DNA of 11,561 nt from the IMG/VR virus record IMGVR_UViG_2850756110_000001; one strand, 5' to 3'. Shown here one piece after another: positions 1 through 7,068 of this stretch (positions within the stretch are counted from its first letter, which is position 1; each line of letters starts with the position of its first letter). The notes beneath the pieces are model-generated. The model did no database searches. It was not told the origin of the DNA and saw only the letters and a program-made list of their open reading frames with translations. The stretch is from a virus (taxonomy: Duplodnaviria; Heunggongvirae; Uroviricota; Caudoviricetes). A program made the translations under genes and the position numbers.

Positions 1-728
1 TCAAATAACCAGCTTAACCCATTCCTGACCTCGAGTATCGTTATAGCGATCGGTGGTTGCCTGGACTTTATGTCCTAGTAATGTTTTTGTATCGATACCC
101 TGTGCACGGTACAGCCGTTCTGATAGAGAGCGTTGTTCATGAAATGTTGGCGGAGTTTTTCCTGCTGGTGGAATTATCCCAGCCAGATCCCGTGCTTTGG
201 CAAAGTAGTCGCTCAGGTTGTCTTTACTCATCGGCTTCGGTTGTTTCTGGTGCCGACTATGGATTAGATATGGACTTAATATTCTGTCTCGGCACCCATC
301 AATAACTTCTTTTAACGTTATCCCAATGGCATCACAGCGTAGTGTAAGCGGTAACGCCAGACGCATTCCGGTTTTTCCCTGGGTGATATGCAAGTGTTCG
401 TTCCACACATCTGAAAAACGCATGTGGCAAATGTCATCACGGCGCTGACCAGTAACAATCGCAAGAAGCATTGCGTTACGGATAAAGTGTTTTTCAGGCG
501 TTGCATTGTAAATTTTTTGCCAGTCTTCCATGGTGAGCCTGGCTCTGGTTACTTTAGGGATCGGTTTACGGGTAGCCTCCGGAGGATTCCATCCAGGAGG
601 AACTTCCCCTGCATGCTGTGCTTCTTTATAAATATCAACCCATAATCCACGATTTACTCTCGCTGTGCTGACCATGTCTTTATCCAGCCACTCATCCAGT
701 ATTAATGCAAAGTCTCTTACTTCCAGTT
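1..728 (-). pseudogene. int: Phage tyrosine integrase, C-terminal catalytic part of a gene split by IS2
   Basis: Minus-strand frame ends with TGA at 3..1. Translation (...EVRDFALILDEW...TGQRRDD...QGKTG...TFHEQRSLSERLY...GHKVQATTDRYNDTRGQEW) carries the R / K / HxxR / Y recombinase signature and resembles the lambda Int C-terminus. The first ~13 residues of the track ORF (up to 765) are encoded by IS2, not by the gene. Confidence 0.85.
724..728. repeat. IS2 target-site duplication, left copy (CAGTT)
   Basis: CAGTT immediately outside the IS2 terminus at 729; identical pentamer at 2060-2064 outside the other terminus. Confidence 0.85.
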
Positions 729-739
729 TGGATTTGCCC

Positions 740-1645
740 CTATATTTCCAGACATCTGTTATCACTTAACCCATTACAAGCCCGCTGCCGCAGATATTCC
801 CGTGGCGAGCGATAACCCAGCGCACTATGCGGATGCCATTCGTTATAATGCTCGAACGCCTCTGCAAGGTTCTTTGCTGCCGTTAACCCGTCTGGTTTGG
901 GCATGATACTGATGTAGTCACGCTTTATCGTTTTCACGAAGCTCTCTGCTATTCCGTTACTCTCCGGACTCCGCACCGCCGTGTTCTTCGGTTCAAGTCC
1001 CAACATCCGGGCGAACTGGCGTGTTTCATTAGCCCGGTAGCATGAACCATTATCCGTCAGCCACTCCACTGGAGACGACGGAAGATCGTTGCCGAAGCGG
1101 CGTTCCACCGCACCCAGCATGACGTCCTGTACTGTTTCACTGTTGAAGCCGCCGGTAGTCACCGCCCAGTGCAGTGCCTCACGATCACAGCAGTCCAGCG
1201 CGAACGTGACACGCAGTCTCTCTCCGTTATCACAGCAGAACTCGAACCCGTCAGAGCACCATCGCTGATTGCTTTCTTTCACGGCCACTCTGCCTGTATG
1301 TGCCCGTTTCGATGGTGGTACAGCAGGTTTTCGCTCAAGCAACAGCGCATTCTGGCGCATGATCCGGTAAACACGTTTGGCATTGATCGCAGGCATACCA
1401 TCAAGTTCTGCCTGTCTGCGAAGCAGCGCCCATACCCGACGATAACCATACGTGGGCAGCTCTCCGATAACATGGTGTATACGGAGAAGCACATCCGTAT
1501 CATCAGTGTGACGACTGCGGCGGCCATCCATCCAGTCATCGGTTCGTCTGAGAATGACGTGCAACTGCGCACGCGACACCCGGAGACAACGGCTGACTAA
1601 GCTTACTCCCCATCCCCGGGCAATAAGGGCGCGTGCGCTATCCAC
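740..1645 (-). CDS. insD: IS2 transposase OrfB (InsD), DDE integrase-like catalytic domain
   Basis: 301-aa ORF ([20 protein letters not shown]...[14 protein letters not shown]...) recognised as IS2 InsD; overlaps orfA as expected for IS3-family frameshift expression. Confidence 0.9.
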
Positions 1646-1968
1646 TTTTTTGCCCGTCCATATTCAACGGCTTCTTTGAGGAGTTCATTTTCCATCGTTT
1701 TCTTGCCGAGCAGGCGCTGGAGTTCTTTAATCTGCTTCATGGCGGCAGCAAGTTCAGAGGCAGGAACAACCTGTTCTCCGGCGGCCACAGCAGTAAGACT
1801 TCCTTCCTGGTATTGCTTACGCCAGAGAAATAACTGGCTGGCTGCTACACCATGTTGCCGGGCAACGAGGGAGACCGTCATCCCCGGTTCAAAGCTCTGC
1901 TGAACAATTGCGATCTTTTCCTGTGTGGTACGCCGTCTGCGTTTCTCCGGCCCTAAGACATCAATCAT
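1603..1968 (-). CDS. insC: IS2 transposase OrfA (InsC), HTH DNA-binding protein
   Basis: 121-aa product [41 protein letters not shown]... starting at the ATG at 1968. The track ORF extends 15 codons further upstream from a non-ATG start. Confidence 0.9.
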
Positions 1969-2059
1969 CTGTACTCCAATGACTAGTCTAAAAACTAGTA
2001 TTAAGACTATCACTTATTTAAGTGATACTGGTTGTCTGGAGATTCAGGGGGCCAGTCTA

Positions 2060-2064
2060 CAGTT
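2060..2064. repeat. IS2 target-site duplication, right copy (CAGTT)
   Basis: Direct repeat of 724-728 flanking the IS2 insertion. Confidence 0.85.
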
Positions 2065-2455
2065 CTTTCAATGGGTGGTTTCCCAGACGGGAAACCAGGT
2101 ATGCAGCCATTCGAGTTTTTTCTTTGTGAGTTGTAGCTGCAATATCTCCATTTTTCAGTCGCGTGTCCTGTATTTTCAGATATCGATCAACCCATGCCTT
2201 TAATCTGATACCCCGACGTTTTGTTGCTGACGGACTTTCATCAATTTTGCGCATGAAATATTCAGCTTCTGCTGCAGCTATTCGCTGATTGGCTGTGGAA
2301 GCGATTTTTTCTGCCTTACCTTTGTCTGTTCCGAGTCCGTGAAATTTTCCAGTCACAGGATTTTTATACTGGTAGTAAACTCTGCCAGTTCTGCGATCAA
2401 ACTTTTCGTAAAGACCGGCTACGTCAGTGCTGTTTTTTCGTGGCCTCGGTGACAT
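2060..2455 (-). pseudogene. int: Phage tyrosine integrase, N-terminal part (arm-binding/core-binding region), interrupted by IS2
   Basis: Minus-strand ATG at 2455..2453; translation MSPRPRKNSTDVAGLYEKFDRRTGRVYYQYKNPVTGKFHGLGTDKGK...KEL has the lambdoid Int N-terminal pattern. After removing IS2 and one TSD copy the frame continues directly into 728..1 (...KEL|EVRDFAL...), giving ~372 aa. Confidence 0.85.
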
Positions 2456-2671
2456 GAGTTAAAATCTCCTTCAGTGCATCATCATCGCCAGTATGAATTT
2501 CCGGCGCAATTCCCGTTTCACCAGGCCCAACAAATACTGCTCGGCGATCTATCAGCCAACGCCCACGAATTTTTTGTGGTCTTGGAACGATGTATCCTAG
2601 TTTTCCGTATTTCACCAGGGTAGTGTTTGTTATTGGGAGACTGAACCGTTTTGGTTTCCACTCGTCGAGCG
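2424..2671 (-). pseudogene. xis: Excisionase (Xis-like), 5' end removed or replaced by IS1
   Basis: Native translation PLDEWKPKRFSLPITNTTLVKYGKLGYIVPRPQKIRGRWLIDRRAVFV... resembles lambda Xis (LTLQEWNARQRRPRSLETVRRWVRECRIFPPPVKDGREYLFHESAV). Overlaps int start by ~32 bp as in xis-int modules. No start codon in the native part; the track ORF N-terminus (58 aa) is encoded by IS1. Confidence 0.6.
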
Positions 2672-2726
2672 GGTAATGCTGCCAACTTACTGATTTAGTG
2701 TATGATGGTGATTTTAAGGTGCTTGC

Positions 2727-3002
2727 GTGGCTTCCATTTCCATCAGATGTCCTTCCTGCTCCGCTACTGAAGGCGTGGTGCGTAACGGCAAAAGCACTGC
2801 CGGACATCAGCGCTATCTCTGCTCTCATTGCCGTAAAACATGGCAACTACAGTTCACTTACACCGCCTCTCAGCCCGGTACGCACCAGAAAATCATTGAT
2901 ATGGCCATGAATGGCGTCGGATGTCGCGCCAGTGCACGCATTATGGGCGTTGGCCTCAACACGGTTTTACGTCACTTAAAAAACTCAGGCCGCAGTCGGT
3001 AA
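2727..3002 (+). CDS. insA: IS1 InsA
   Basis: 91-aa product [58 protein letters not shown]..., recognised as IS1 InsA. Confidence 0.9.
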   Translation: MASISIRCPSCSATEGVVRNGKSTAGHQRYLCSHCRKTWQLQFTYTASQPGTHQKIIDMAMNGVGCRASARIMGVGLNTVLRHLKNSGRSR

Positions 3003-3424
3003 CCTCGCGCATACAACCGGGCAGTGATGTGATTGTCTGCGCTGAAATGGACGAACAGTGGGGCTACGTCGGTGCTAAATCACGTCAGCGCTGGCTGTTT
3101 TACGCGTATGACAGGATACGGAGGACGGTTGTGGCGCACGTCTTCGGTGAACGCACTCTGGCCACACTGGAGCGTCTTCTGAGCCTGCTGTCGGCCTTTG
3201 AGGTCGTGGTATGGATGACGGATGGCTGGCCGCTGTATGAATCACGCCTGAAGGGAAAGCTGCACGTTATCAGCAAGCGTTACACTCAGCGCATTGAGCG
3301 ACATAATCTGAATCTGAGACAACATCTGGCAAGGCTGGGACGGAAGTCACTGTCGTTCTCAAAATCGGTGGAGCTGCATGACAAGGTCATCGGGCATTAT
3401 CTGAACATAAAACACTATCAGTAA
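2921..3424 (+). CDS. insB: IS1 InsB frame (expressed as InsAB' by -1 frameshift)
   Basis: 167-aa frame ...[36 protein letters not shown]...[13 protein letters not shown]..., recognised as IS1 InsB. Confidence 0.85.
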   Translation: MSRQCTHYGRWPQHGFTSLKKLRPQSVTSRIQPGSDVIVCAEMDEQWGYVGAKSRQRWLFYAYDRIRRTVVAHVFGERTLATLERLLSLLSAFEVVVWMTDGWPLYESRLKGKLHVISKRYTQRIERHNLNLRQHLARLGRKSLSFSKSVELHDKVIGHYLNIKHYQ

Positions 3425-3439
3425 GTTGGAGTCATTACC

Positions 3440-3550
3440 GCTTCGGCTTTGAACTCTTTAGAGTAACGTTGTTTTTTTCTGCTCATTATTAGCTCCTTCT
3501 GATGCCATTCTATTTCAGGAAGGAGTGTCCGTTAAACTCAGGCTACCTCA
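3440..3550 (-). mobile_element. IS600-like (IS3 family) left-end remnant: terminal IR plus first 16 codons of orfA, truncated by IS1
   Basis: Minus strand reads TGAGGTAGCCTGAGTTTAACGGACACTCCTTCCTGAAATAGAATGGCATCAGAAGGAGCTAATA-ATG AGC AGA AAA AAA CAA CGT TAC TCT AAA GAG TTC AAA GCC GAA GC: a TG... IS3-family terminus, AAGGAG SD, and MSRKKQRYSKEFKAEA, which matches my recollection of the IS600 IRL and OrfA N-terminus. It is cut at 3440 by the IS1 terminus. Confidence 0.75.
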
Positions 3551-4049
3551 CTGTGATATTGCTGCAGACAAGGCAAAACTTTTACTGGAAAAAGGCGGGG
3601 AAATTGCTGTCCGGTTTAAAATCCCCGAAAACGTCAATCTTGAGACAACCAGAAACAAGTATGCCTTTGGTTTGTACTGGCGAATAGCGGAATGGCCGGG
3701 TGAGGGTGGTGAAGGCCATCTGAGTTCTTTCTTTGTCCAGTCAGATAAAGCCAGTATTAATGTTGCATACCATCATACAGTTAATCAACAAAAAGAACTT
3801 GGCACGTTTGGCGCATTCGACCATGACTGGCATACGCTTGCATTTAAATTTAAGGGCAGTAACAGCATTAATGTTACTCCGGTGCTTGATGGTGTGGATG
3901 GACAGGCGTTTGACCTGGTGAAATGGGCCAATACTGCTAATGGACTCAACAGGTTTGTCATTACGGATATTACAGGTAGTGCAGAAACCTACCCTGTACT
4001 TATTGATACGGTGGAAGTTAAAGCAAACAAAGCTGGAGCAGCCGCATAA
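3551..4049 (+). pseudogene. Orphan 3' fragment (~166 codons) of an unknown gene whose 5' part was displaced by the IS600 insertion
   Basis: Open frame runs from inside the IS600 end to TAA at 4047-4049 with no in-frame ATG. The only start candidate (GTG 3525) lies inside the IS600 inverted repeat with zero-spaced SD. Product (...WHTLAFKFKGSNSINVTPVLDGVDGQAFDLVKWANTANGLNRFVITDITG...) has a beta-rich, lectin/ConA-like look; function not established. Confidence 0.5.
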
Positions 4050-4053
4050 TTGC

Positions 4054-4091
4054 TAAAAAAAGCCGCCAGCGGCAGGAATGGAAGCTGGCGG
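4054..4091 (-). terminator. Intrinsic-terminator-like hairpin; strong on minus strand (stem + U7), weak on plus strand
   Basis: 8-bp GC-rich stem CCGCCAGC (4063-4070) / GCTGGCGG (4084-4091), 13-nt loop. On the minus strand the stem is followed by a run of 7 T (plus-strand A-run 4055-4061). It sits 5 bp after the stop of the 3551-4049 frame. Confidence 0.45.
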
Positions 4092-4139
4092 AGGTAATCC
4101 CAATGGAGAATGTAAAGAAAAGATGCTTTCGTACATTGG

Positions 4140-4170
4140 TTTTTTAAATGAAAACAATTCTCATTGTCAA
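4140..4170 (-). promoter_or_regulatory. Candidate sigma70 promoter on minus strand (perfect -35 TTGACA, -10 TTTAAA/TAAAAA)
   Basis: Minus strand reads TTGACA-atgagaattgttttca-TTTAAA. Would fire toward the 4054-4091 terminator about 80 nt away. Sequence only, no expression data. Confidence 0.25.
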
Positions 4171-4394
4171 CCATAACGGTAAGAAATTATGACATTTATT
4201 CATCAGGTGATGCTGTACTTCTGTACGGCGGTCTGTGCTGTATCTTCTTTCGGGTGGGTACAGGGCTGTGCGCGATTTCTGGTACAGGCAGATTGATAAA
4301 AGGGCCGCTGAGAAAATCAGCGCCAGTCAGTCAGCCGGAAGCAAACCCGAAGAACCCGTTACTCCTTAACAACCCCTTTCAGCGAGAAAATCCC

Positions 4395-4640
4395 ATGTCA
4401 GAAATCACATCCCTGGTCACTGCAGAGGCAGTGAAGGAAGTCCTGCGCTCTGAAGAAGTCCGGAGCGCACTGAAACAGAAACTTCGCCTGAATCTTGAGT
4501 CGCGTCTTGATGCAGAAGTGGATGCCATTCTGGATGAGCTGCTGGGCGTAGCAGTGGTTCCTGAGCCGGAAGGTATCGCGGGTGACGGGAGTGCTTCAGA
4601 TGGCGGTGAACCTACACCTGACAGCGACATGATGATGTAA
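4395..4640 (+). CDS. Hypothetical small acidic protein (81 aa), moron-like position upstream of the lysis cassette
   Basis: ATG at 4395 with weak GAGA SD; product [81 protein letters not shown] has a helical N-terminal half and an acidic, low-complexity tail. The track ORF 5' extension (4164-4394) has implausible composition and no RBS. Confidence 0.5.
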   Translation: MSEITSLVTAEAVKEVLRSEEVRSALKQKLRLNLESRLDAEVDAILDELLGVAVVPEPEGIAGDGSASDGGEPTPDSDMMM

Positions 4641-4652
4641 GCATGCGCAAGG

Positions 4653-4685
4653 GACCATCGGTGTGTGCCGGTGGTCTTTATATTG
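4653..4685 (+). terminator. Candidate intrinsic terminator between the acidic ORF and the holin gene
   Basis: GACCATCGG (4653-4661) pairs with CCGGTGGTC (4668-4676) (9 bp incl. one G-U), 6-nt loop, then TTTATATTGTTGTG. Confidence 0.4.
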
Positions 4686-4716
4686 TTGTGAGCTTCCGGA
4701 TTGCGGGAGACGGGGT

Positions 4717-4932
4717 ATGTACCAGATGGAAAAAATCACAACAGGTGTGTCATACACCACGTCAGCGGTGGGAACGGGCTACTGGTTCCTGCAGTTGCTG
4801 GACAGGGTTTCCCCGTCTCAGTGGGCGGCAATAGGCGTGCTGGGGAGTCTGTTGTTTGGGCTGCTGACATATCTGACTAACCTGTATTTCAAAATCAGAG
4901 AGGACCGTCGTAAGGCGGCGTGGGGAGAGTAA
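4717..4932 (+). CDS. Class II holin, phage 21 S-type pinholin with dual start (Met1/Met4)
   Basis: [71 protein letters not shown] closely resembles S21 as I remember it (...[24 protein letters not shown]...[18 protein letters not shown]...). Two TMDs; second ATG at 4726. Confidence 0.85.
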   Translation: MYQMEKITTGVSYTTSAVGTGYWFLQLLDRVSPSQWAAIGVLGSLLFGLLTYLTNLYFKIREDRRKAAWGE

Positions 4933-4936
4933 AGCG

Positions 4937-5281
4937 ATGAAGAAAAAATACGAACTGGTTGTTAAAGGGATAAATAATTACCCGAATAAGATTACTGTTA
5001 CTGTGGCACTGGAAATTGGTGGGTATCCGTCACTGTTGTTGCCAGATGTGGCGATTAGTCTTGACCGTACTGAAGATGCCACGCTGGAGTTTTACGAAGC
5101 TGAGGCGAAAAAGCAGGCGAAGCAGTTTTTCATGGATGTTGCTGCCGGGTTATGTGAAGGGGATGGTCCGTTGCCGGAAAAGCGCCCCGTAATTTTAGAG
5201 GCGCAGGATGTGTTGATAACCTACAGAGGAAAACTACCGGGAATAATTACTGGTTCTCTGAAGACTCCACCGCTGGCCTGA
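4937..5281 (+). CDS. Hypothetical protein between holin and endolysin (same position as YdfR/DUF1327-type prophage genes; family not verified)
   Basis: ATG at 4937 preceded by GGAGAG; 114 aa, soluble; starts 5 bp after the holin stop. Confidence 0.65.
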   Translation: MKKKYELVVKGINNYPNKITVTVALEIGGYPSLLLPDVAISLDRTEDATLEFYEAEAKKQAKQFFMDVAAGLCEGDGPLPEKRPVILEAQDVLITYRGKLPGIITGSLKTPPLA

Positions 5282-5331
5282 AGACTTAACATATCCAGGG
5301 ATTTGAAATCGATAAACCCTGATAAATATCC

Positions 5332-5865
5332 ATGAACACCAAAATCAAATACGGCCTGTCGGCTGCCATTCTGGCGCTGATTGCCGCAGGTGCGCCTGCG
5401 CCTGAAATCCTCGACCAGTTTCTGGATGAAAAGGAAGGTAACCACACCACGGCATACCGTGATGGCGCGGGTATCTGGACCATCTGCCGCGGTGCCATCC
5501 TGGTGGATAGTAAACCTGTCGTCCCGGGCATGAAGTTGTCGAAGGAAAAATGCGACCAGGTCAACGCCATTGAGCGTGATAAGGCGCTGGCATGGGTGGA
5601 GCGCAATATTAAAGTGCCGCTGACCGAACCCCAGAAAGCGGGTATCGCGTCATTTTGTCCCTATAACATTGGCCCCGGTAAGTGTTTCCCGTCGACGTTT
5701 TACAGACGGATTAATGCTGGTGACCGCAGGGGAGCATGCGAAGCGATTCGCTGGTGGATTAAGGACGGTGGCAGAGACTGCCGTATCCGCTCAAATAATT
5801 GCTACGGTCAGGTATCCCGGCGAGACCAGGAAAGTGCGCTGGCGTGCTGGGACATCGACAGATAA
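5332..5865 (+). CDS. SAR endolysin (T4-lysozyme-like muramidase, glycoside hydrolase family 24)
   Basis: N-terminal weakly hydrophobic Gly/Ala-rich segment (YGLSAAILALIAAGAPAP) typical of a signal-anchor-release domain. Catalytic triad E35...D44...T50 (KEGNHTTAYRDGAGIWT) with the same spacing as the triad I recall for P21 R. Downstream partner of a pinholin. Confidence 0.9.
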   Translation: MNTKIKYGLSAAILALIAAGAPAPEILDQFLDEKEGNHTTAYRDGAGIWTICRGAILVDSKPVVPGMKLSKEKCDQVNAIERDKALAWVERNIKVPLTEPQKAGIASFCPYNIGPGKCFPSTFYRRINAGDRRGACEAIRWWIKDGGRDCRIRSNNCYGQVSRRDQESALACWDIDR

Positions 5866-5955
5866 GCAGAATATTTTGCTGAAAAATAAGGCATGAGCAC
5901 GCGGACGGATAACACGAAATCCTGCGAACTGGCGAAACGTAAGTGAATAAAAGTA

Positions 5956-5995
5956 AAAACCCCGTTTGTTGGCACCAAGCGGGGTTTTGTGTTTC
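5956..5995. terminator. Bidirectional intrinsic-terminator-like hairpin between endolysin and Rz
   Basis: Perfect 9-bp stem AAAACCCCG (5956-5964) / CGGGGTTTT (5980-5988), extended by an inner TTGG/CCAA pairing, followed on plus strand by TTTTGTGTTT and on minus strand by TTTTTACTTTTATT. Confidence 0.5.
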
Positions 5996-6021
5996 TGACC
6001 TTGAGTAAGGCAAGGGAGAAC

Positions 6022-6204
6022 ATGGCGAAGTATAAACGAATTCTGTTGAGGTTGACCATGAAAAACGGCCTTGAACTGAAAGCGCCTGTAACTGATGACA
6101 TCAGCAGAGCACTGGCTTTTGCCATTAAGTGGGTGGCGGTCGGTGTTGCTGTGTCCCCGATGCTGTATGGGCTGGCAAAACTGGTCATTGCGTTGAAATC
6201 GTGA
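6022..6204 (+). CDS. Hypothetical small membrane protein (60 aa; basic N-terminus, one C-terminal TM helix)
   Basis: ATG at 6022 preceded by AAGGGAGA; product [60 protein letters not shown]. Its stop overlaps the SD of the next ORF. Confidence 0.45.
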   Translation: MAKYKRILLRLTMKNGLELKAPVTDDISRALAFAIKWVAVGVAVSPMLYGLAKLVIALKS

Positions 6205-6218
6205 AGGGAGGATTAAGC

Positions 6219-6350
6219 ATGTCAGACAAACTCATAACGCTGGCGAAGATCCTCTGTGTAATTGTCGGCATTTCATTTTCACTAATGCTGGTTGCTCTTT
6301 TTCTTTCCATGGCCTGGATGATGTTGTCTTCGTCGGGGCTGCTGGGGTGA
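6219..6350 (+). CDS. Hypothetical small single-pass membrane protein (43 aa), translationally coupled to Rz
   Basis: Strong SD AAGGGAGG 7 nt upstream of ATG 6219; product [43 protein letters not shown]. Its TGA (6348-6350) overlaps the GTG start of Rz (GTGA). Confidence 0.55.
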   Translation: MSDKLITLAKILCVIVGISFSLMLVALFLSMAWMMLSSSGLLG

Positions 6351-6820
6351 ACATAAACCGAATGCTTTCCGCGTTTACCGTTATTCTGCTGGTGGTCTGT
6401 GGTGCGCTGTGGCTGGCAACAGACCATTACCGTGATAACGCCATCACCTACAAAGCGCAGCGCGATAAAAAAGCCAGAGAGCTGGAGCTGGCAAACGCAA
6501 CCATTACTGACATGCAGCAGCGCCAGCGTGATGTTGCTGCGCTTGATGCCAGATACTCAAGGGAATTAGCCGATGCGAGAGCTGAAAATGAAACTCTGCG
6601 TGCTGATGTTGCCGCTGGTCGTAAGCGCCTGCGGATCAACGCCACCTGCTCCGGTACCGTGCGTGAAGCCACCGGCACCTCCGGAATGGATAATGCAACC
6701 GGCCCCCGACTGGCAGACACCGCTGAACGGGATTATTTCACCCTCAGAGAGCGGTTGATGACAATGCAGAAGCAACTGGAAGGGGCGCAGGAATATATCC
6801 GCACTCAGTGTATTAACTAG
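6347..6820 (+). CDS. Rz: Rz inner-membrane spanin (i-spanin)
   Basis: ...[72 protein letters not shown]...[29 protein letters not shown] is nearly collinear with lambda Rz. N-terminal TM helix. Start is GTG 6347 or ATG 6362. Confidence 0.9.
   Translation: MNINRMLSAFTVILLVVCGALWLATDHYRDNAITYKAQRDKKARELELANATITDMQQRQRDVAALDARYSRELADARAENETLRADVAAGRKRLRINATCSGTVREATGTSGMDNATGPRLADTAERDYFTLRERLMTMQKQLEGAQEYIRTQCIN
6573..6758 (+). CDS. Rz1: Rz1 outer-membrane lipoprotein spanin (o-spanin), embedded in the +1 frame of Rz
   Basis: [61 protein letters not shown] matches lambda Rz1 (...LCVMMLPLVVVGC...[32 protein letters not shown]). Lipobox VSAC, proline-rich mature part. Start may be the internal MKL. 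Confidence 0.85.
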   Translation: MRELKMKLCVLMLPLVVSACGSTPPAPVPCVKPPAPPEWIMQPAPDWQTPLNGIISPSESG

Positions 6821-6843
6821 TATTTTTGTTATCCGGAGAATGC

Positions 6844-7068
6844 ATGAAGAAATTACTGGTAACCGTAAAGCCTTTTCAGGGAACAATTCCGTTCCGTATT
6901 TTGCAGCGTGGTCGTGTTCTTGTTGAAGGTTCGTTCAGTGGTAAATGTACGCAATTACACTCCCGGACCTTTCAGGTGAATGCCACGAATGAAGAGCTAA
7001 CCGTTGAGTGTACGATGAATGCCGCTAAATGCCGCATGGTATCCGCTGCATTACAGCCAGTGTGTTGA
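6844..7068 (+). CDS. Hypothetical small protein (74 aa) at the position occupied by bor in lambda; no recognisable similarity
   Basis: ATG 6844 with GGAGA 6 nt upstream; product MKKLLVTVKPFQGTIPFRILQRGRVLVEGSFSGKCTQLHSRTF... Weak support; could be non-coding. Confidence 0.3.
   Translation: MKKLLVTVKPFQGTIPFRILQRGRVLVEGSFSGKCTQLHSRTFQVNATNEELTVECTMNAAKCRMVSAALQPVC

Larger units (their letters stand above)
729..2059 (-). mobile_element. IS2 (IS3 family), complete copy, 1331 bp
   Basis: Termini read TGGATTTGCCCCTATATTTCCAGACATCTGTTATCACTTAACCC at 729 and GGTTGTCTGGAGATTCAGGGGGCCAGTCTA ending at 2059, matching the IS2 ends as I remember them. Length 1331 bp, two overlapping transposase ORFs, 5-bp flanking direct repeat. 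Confidence 0.95.
2672..3439 (+). mobile_element. IS1, complete copy, 768 bp, no flanking target-site duplication
   Basis: Starts GGTAATGCTGCCAACTTACTGATTTAGTGTATGATGGTG and ends ...CAGTAAGTTGGAGTCATTACC, matching the IS1 ends as I remember them; insA and insB present; length 768 bp. The 9 bp on either side (cgtcgagcg / gcttcggct) do not match. Confidence 0.95.

Noticed and set aside
1169-1600. Plus-strand ORFs (1169-1600, and minus 1279-1572) inside IS2
   Set aside because: They overlap the known IS2 transposase frames in other frames or on the other strand; no RBS, odd composition.
2672-2846. N-terminal 58 aa of the track ORF 2424-2846 ([16 protein letters not shown]...)
   Set aside because: Encoded by IS1 sequence on the opposite strand of insA; only the part to the left of 2672 is xis.
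3525-3550. GTG start at 3525 with adjacent AGGAGG for the 174-aa track ORF
   Set aside because: SD spacing is zero, and these bases belong to the IS600-like terminal inverted repeat; the ORF is a 3' fragment, not a complete gene.
3441-4049. Idea that the gene upstream of the lysis cassette is the Q antiterminator
   Set aside because: No resemblance to lambda/P21 Q proteins as I remember them, and the frame lacks its 5' end.
4164-4394. Long 5' extension of the acidic ORF (track start 4164)
   Set aside because: Cys/Gly-rich implausible composition, non-ATG start inside the putative promoter, no RBS; ATG 4395 preferred.
4379-4630. Minus-strand 83-aa ORF antisense to the acidic ORF
   Set aside because: Ser/Thr/Arg-rich low-complexity translation typical of an antisense artefact.
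6844-7068. Idea that the post-Rz ORF is a Bor lipoprotein homologue
   Set aside because: No signal peptide/lipobox and no similarity to Bor; wrong strand relative to lambda bor.
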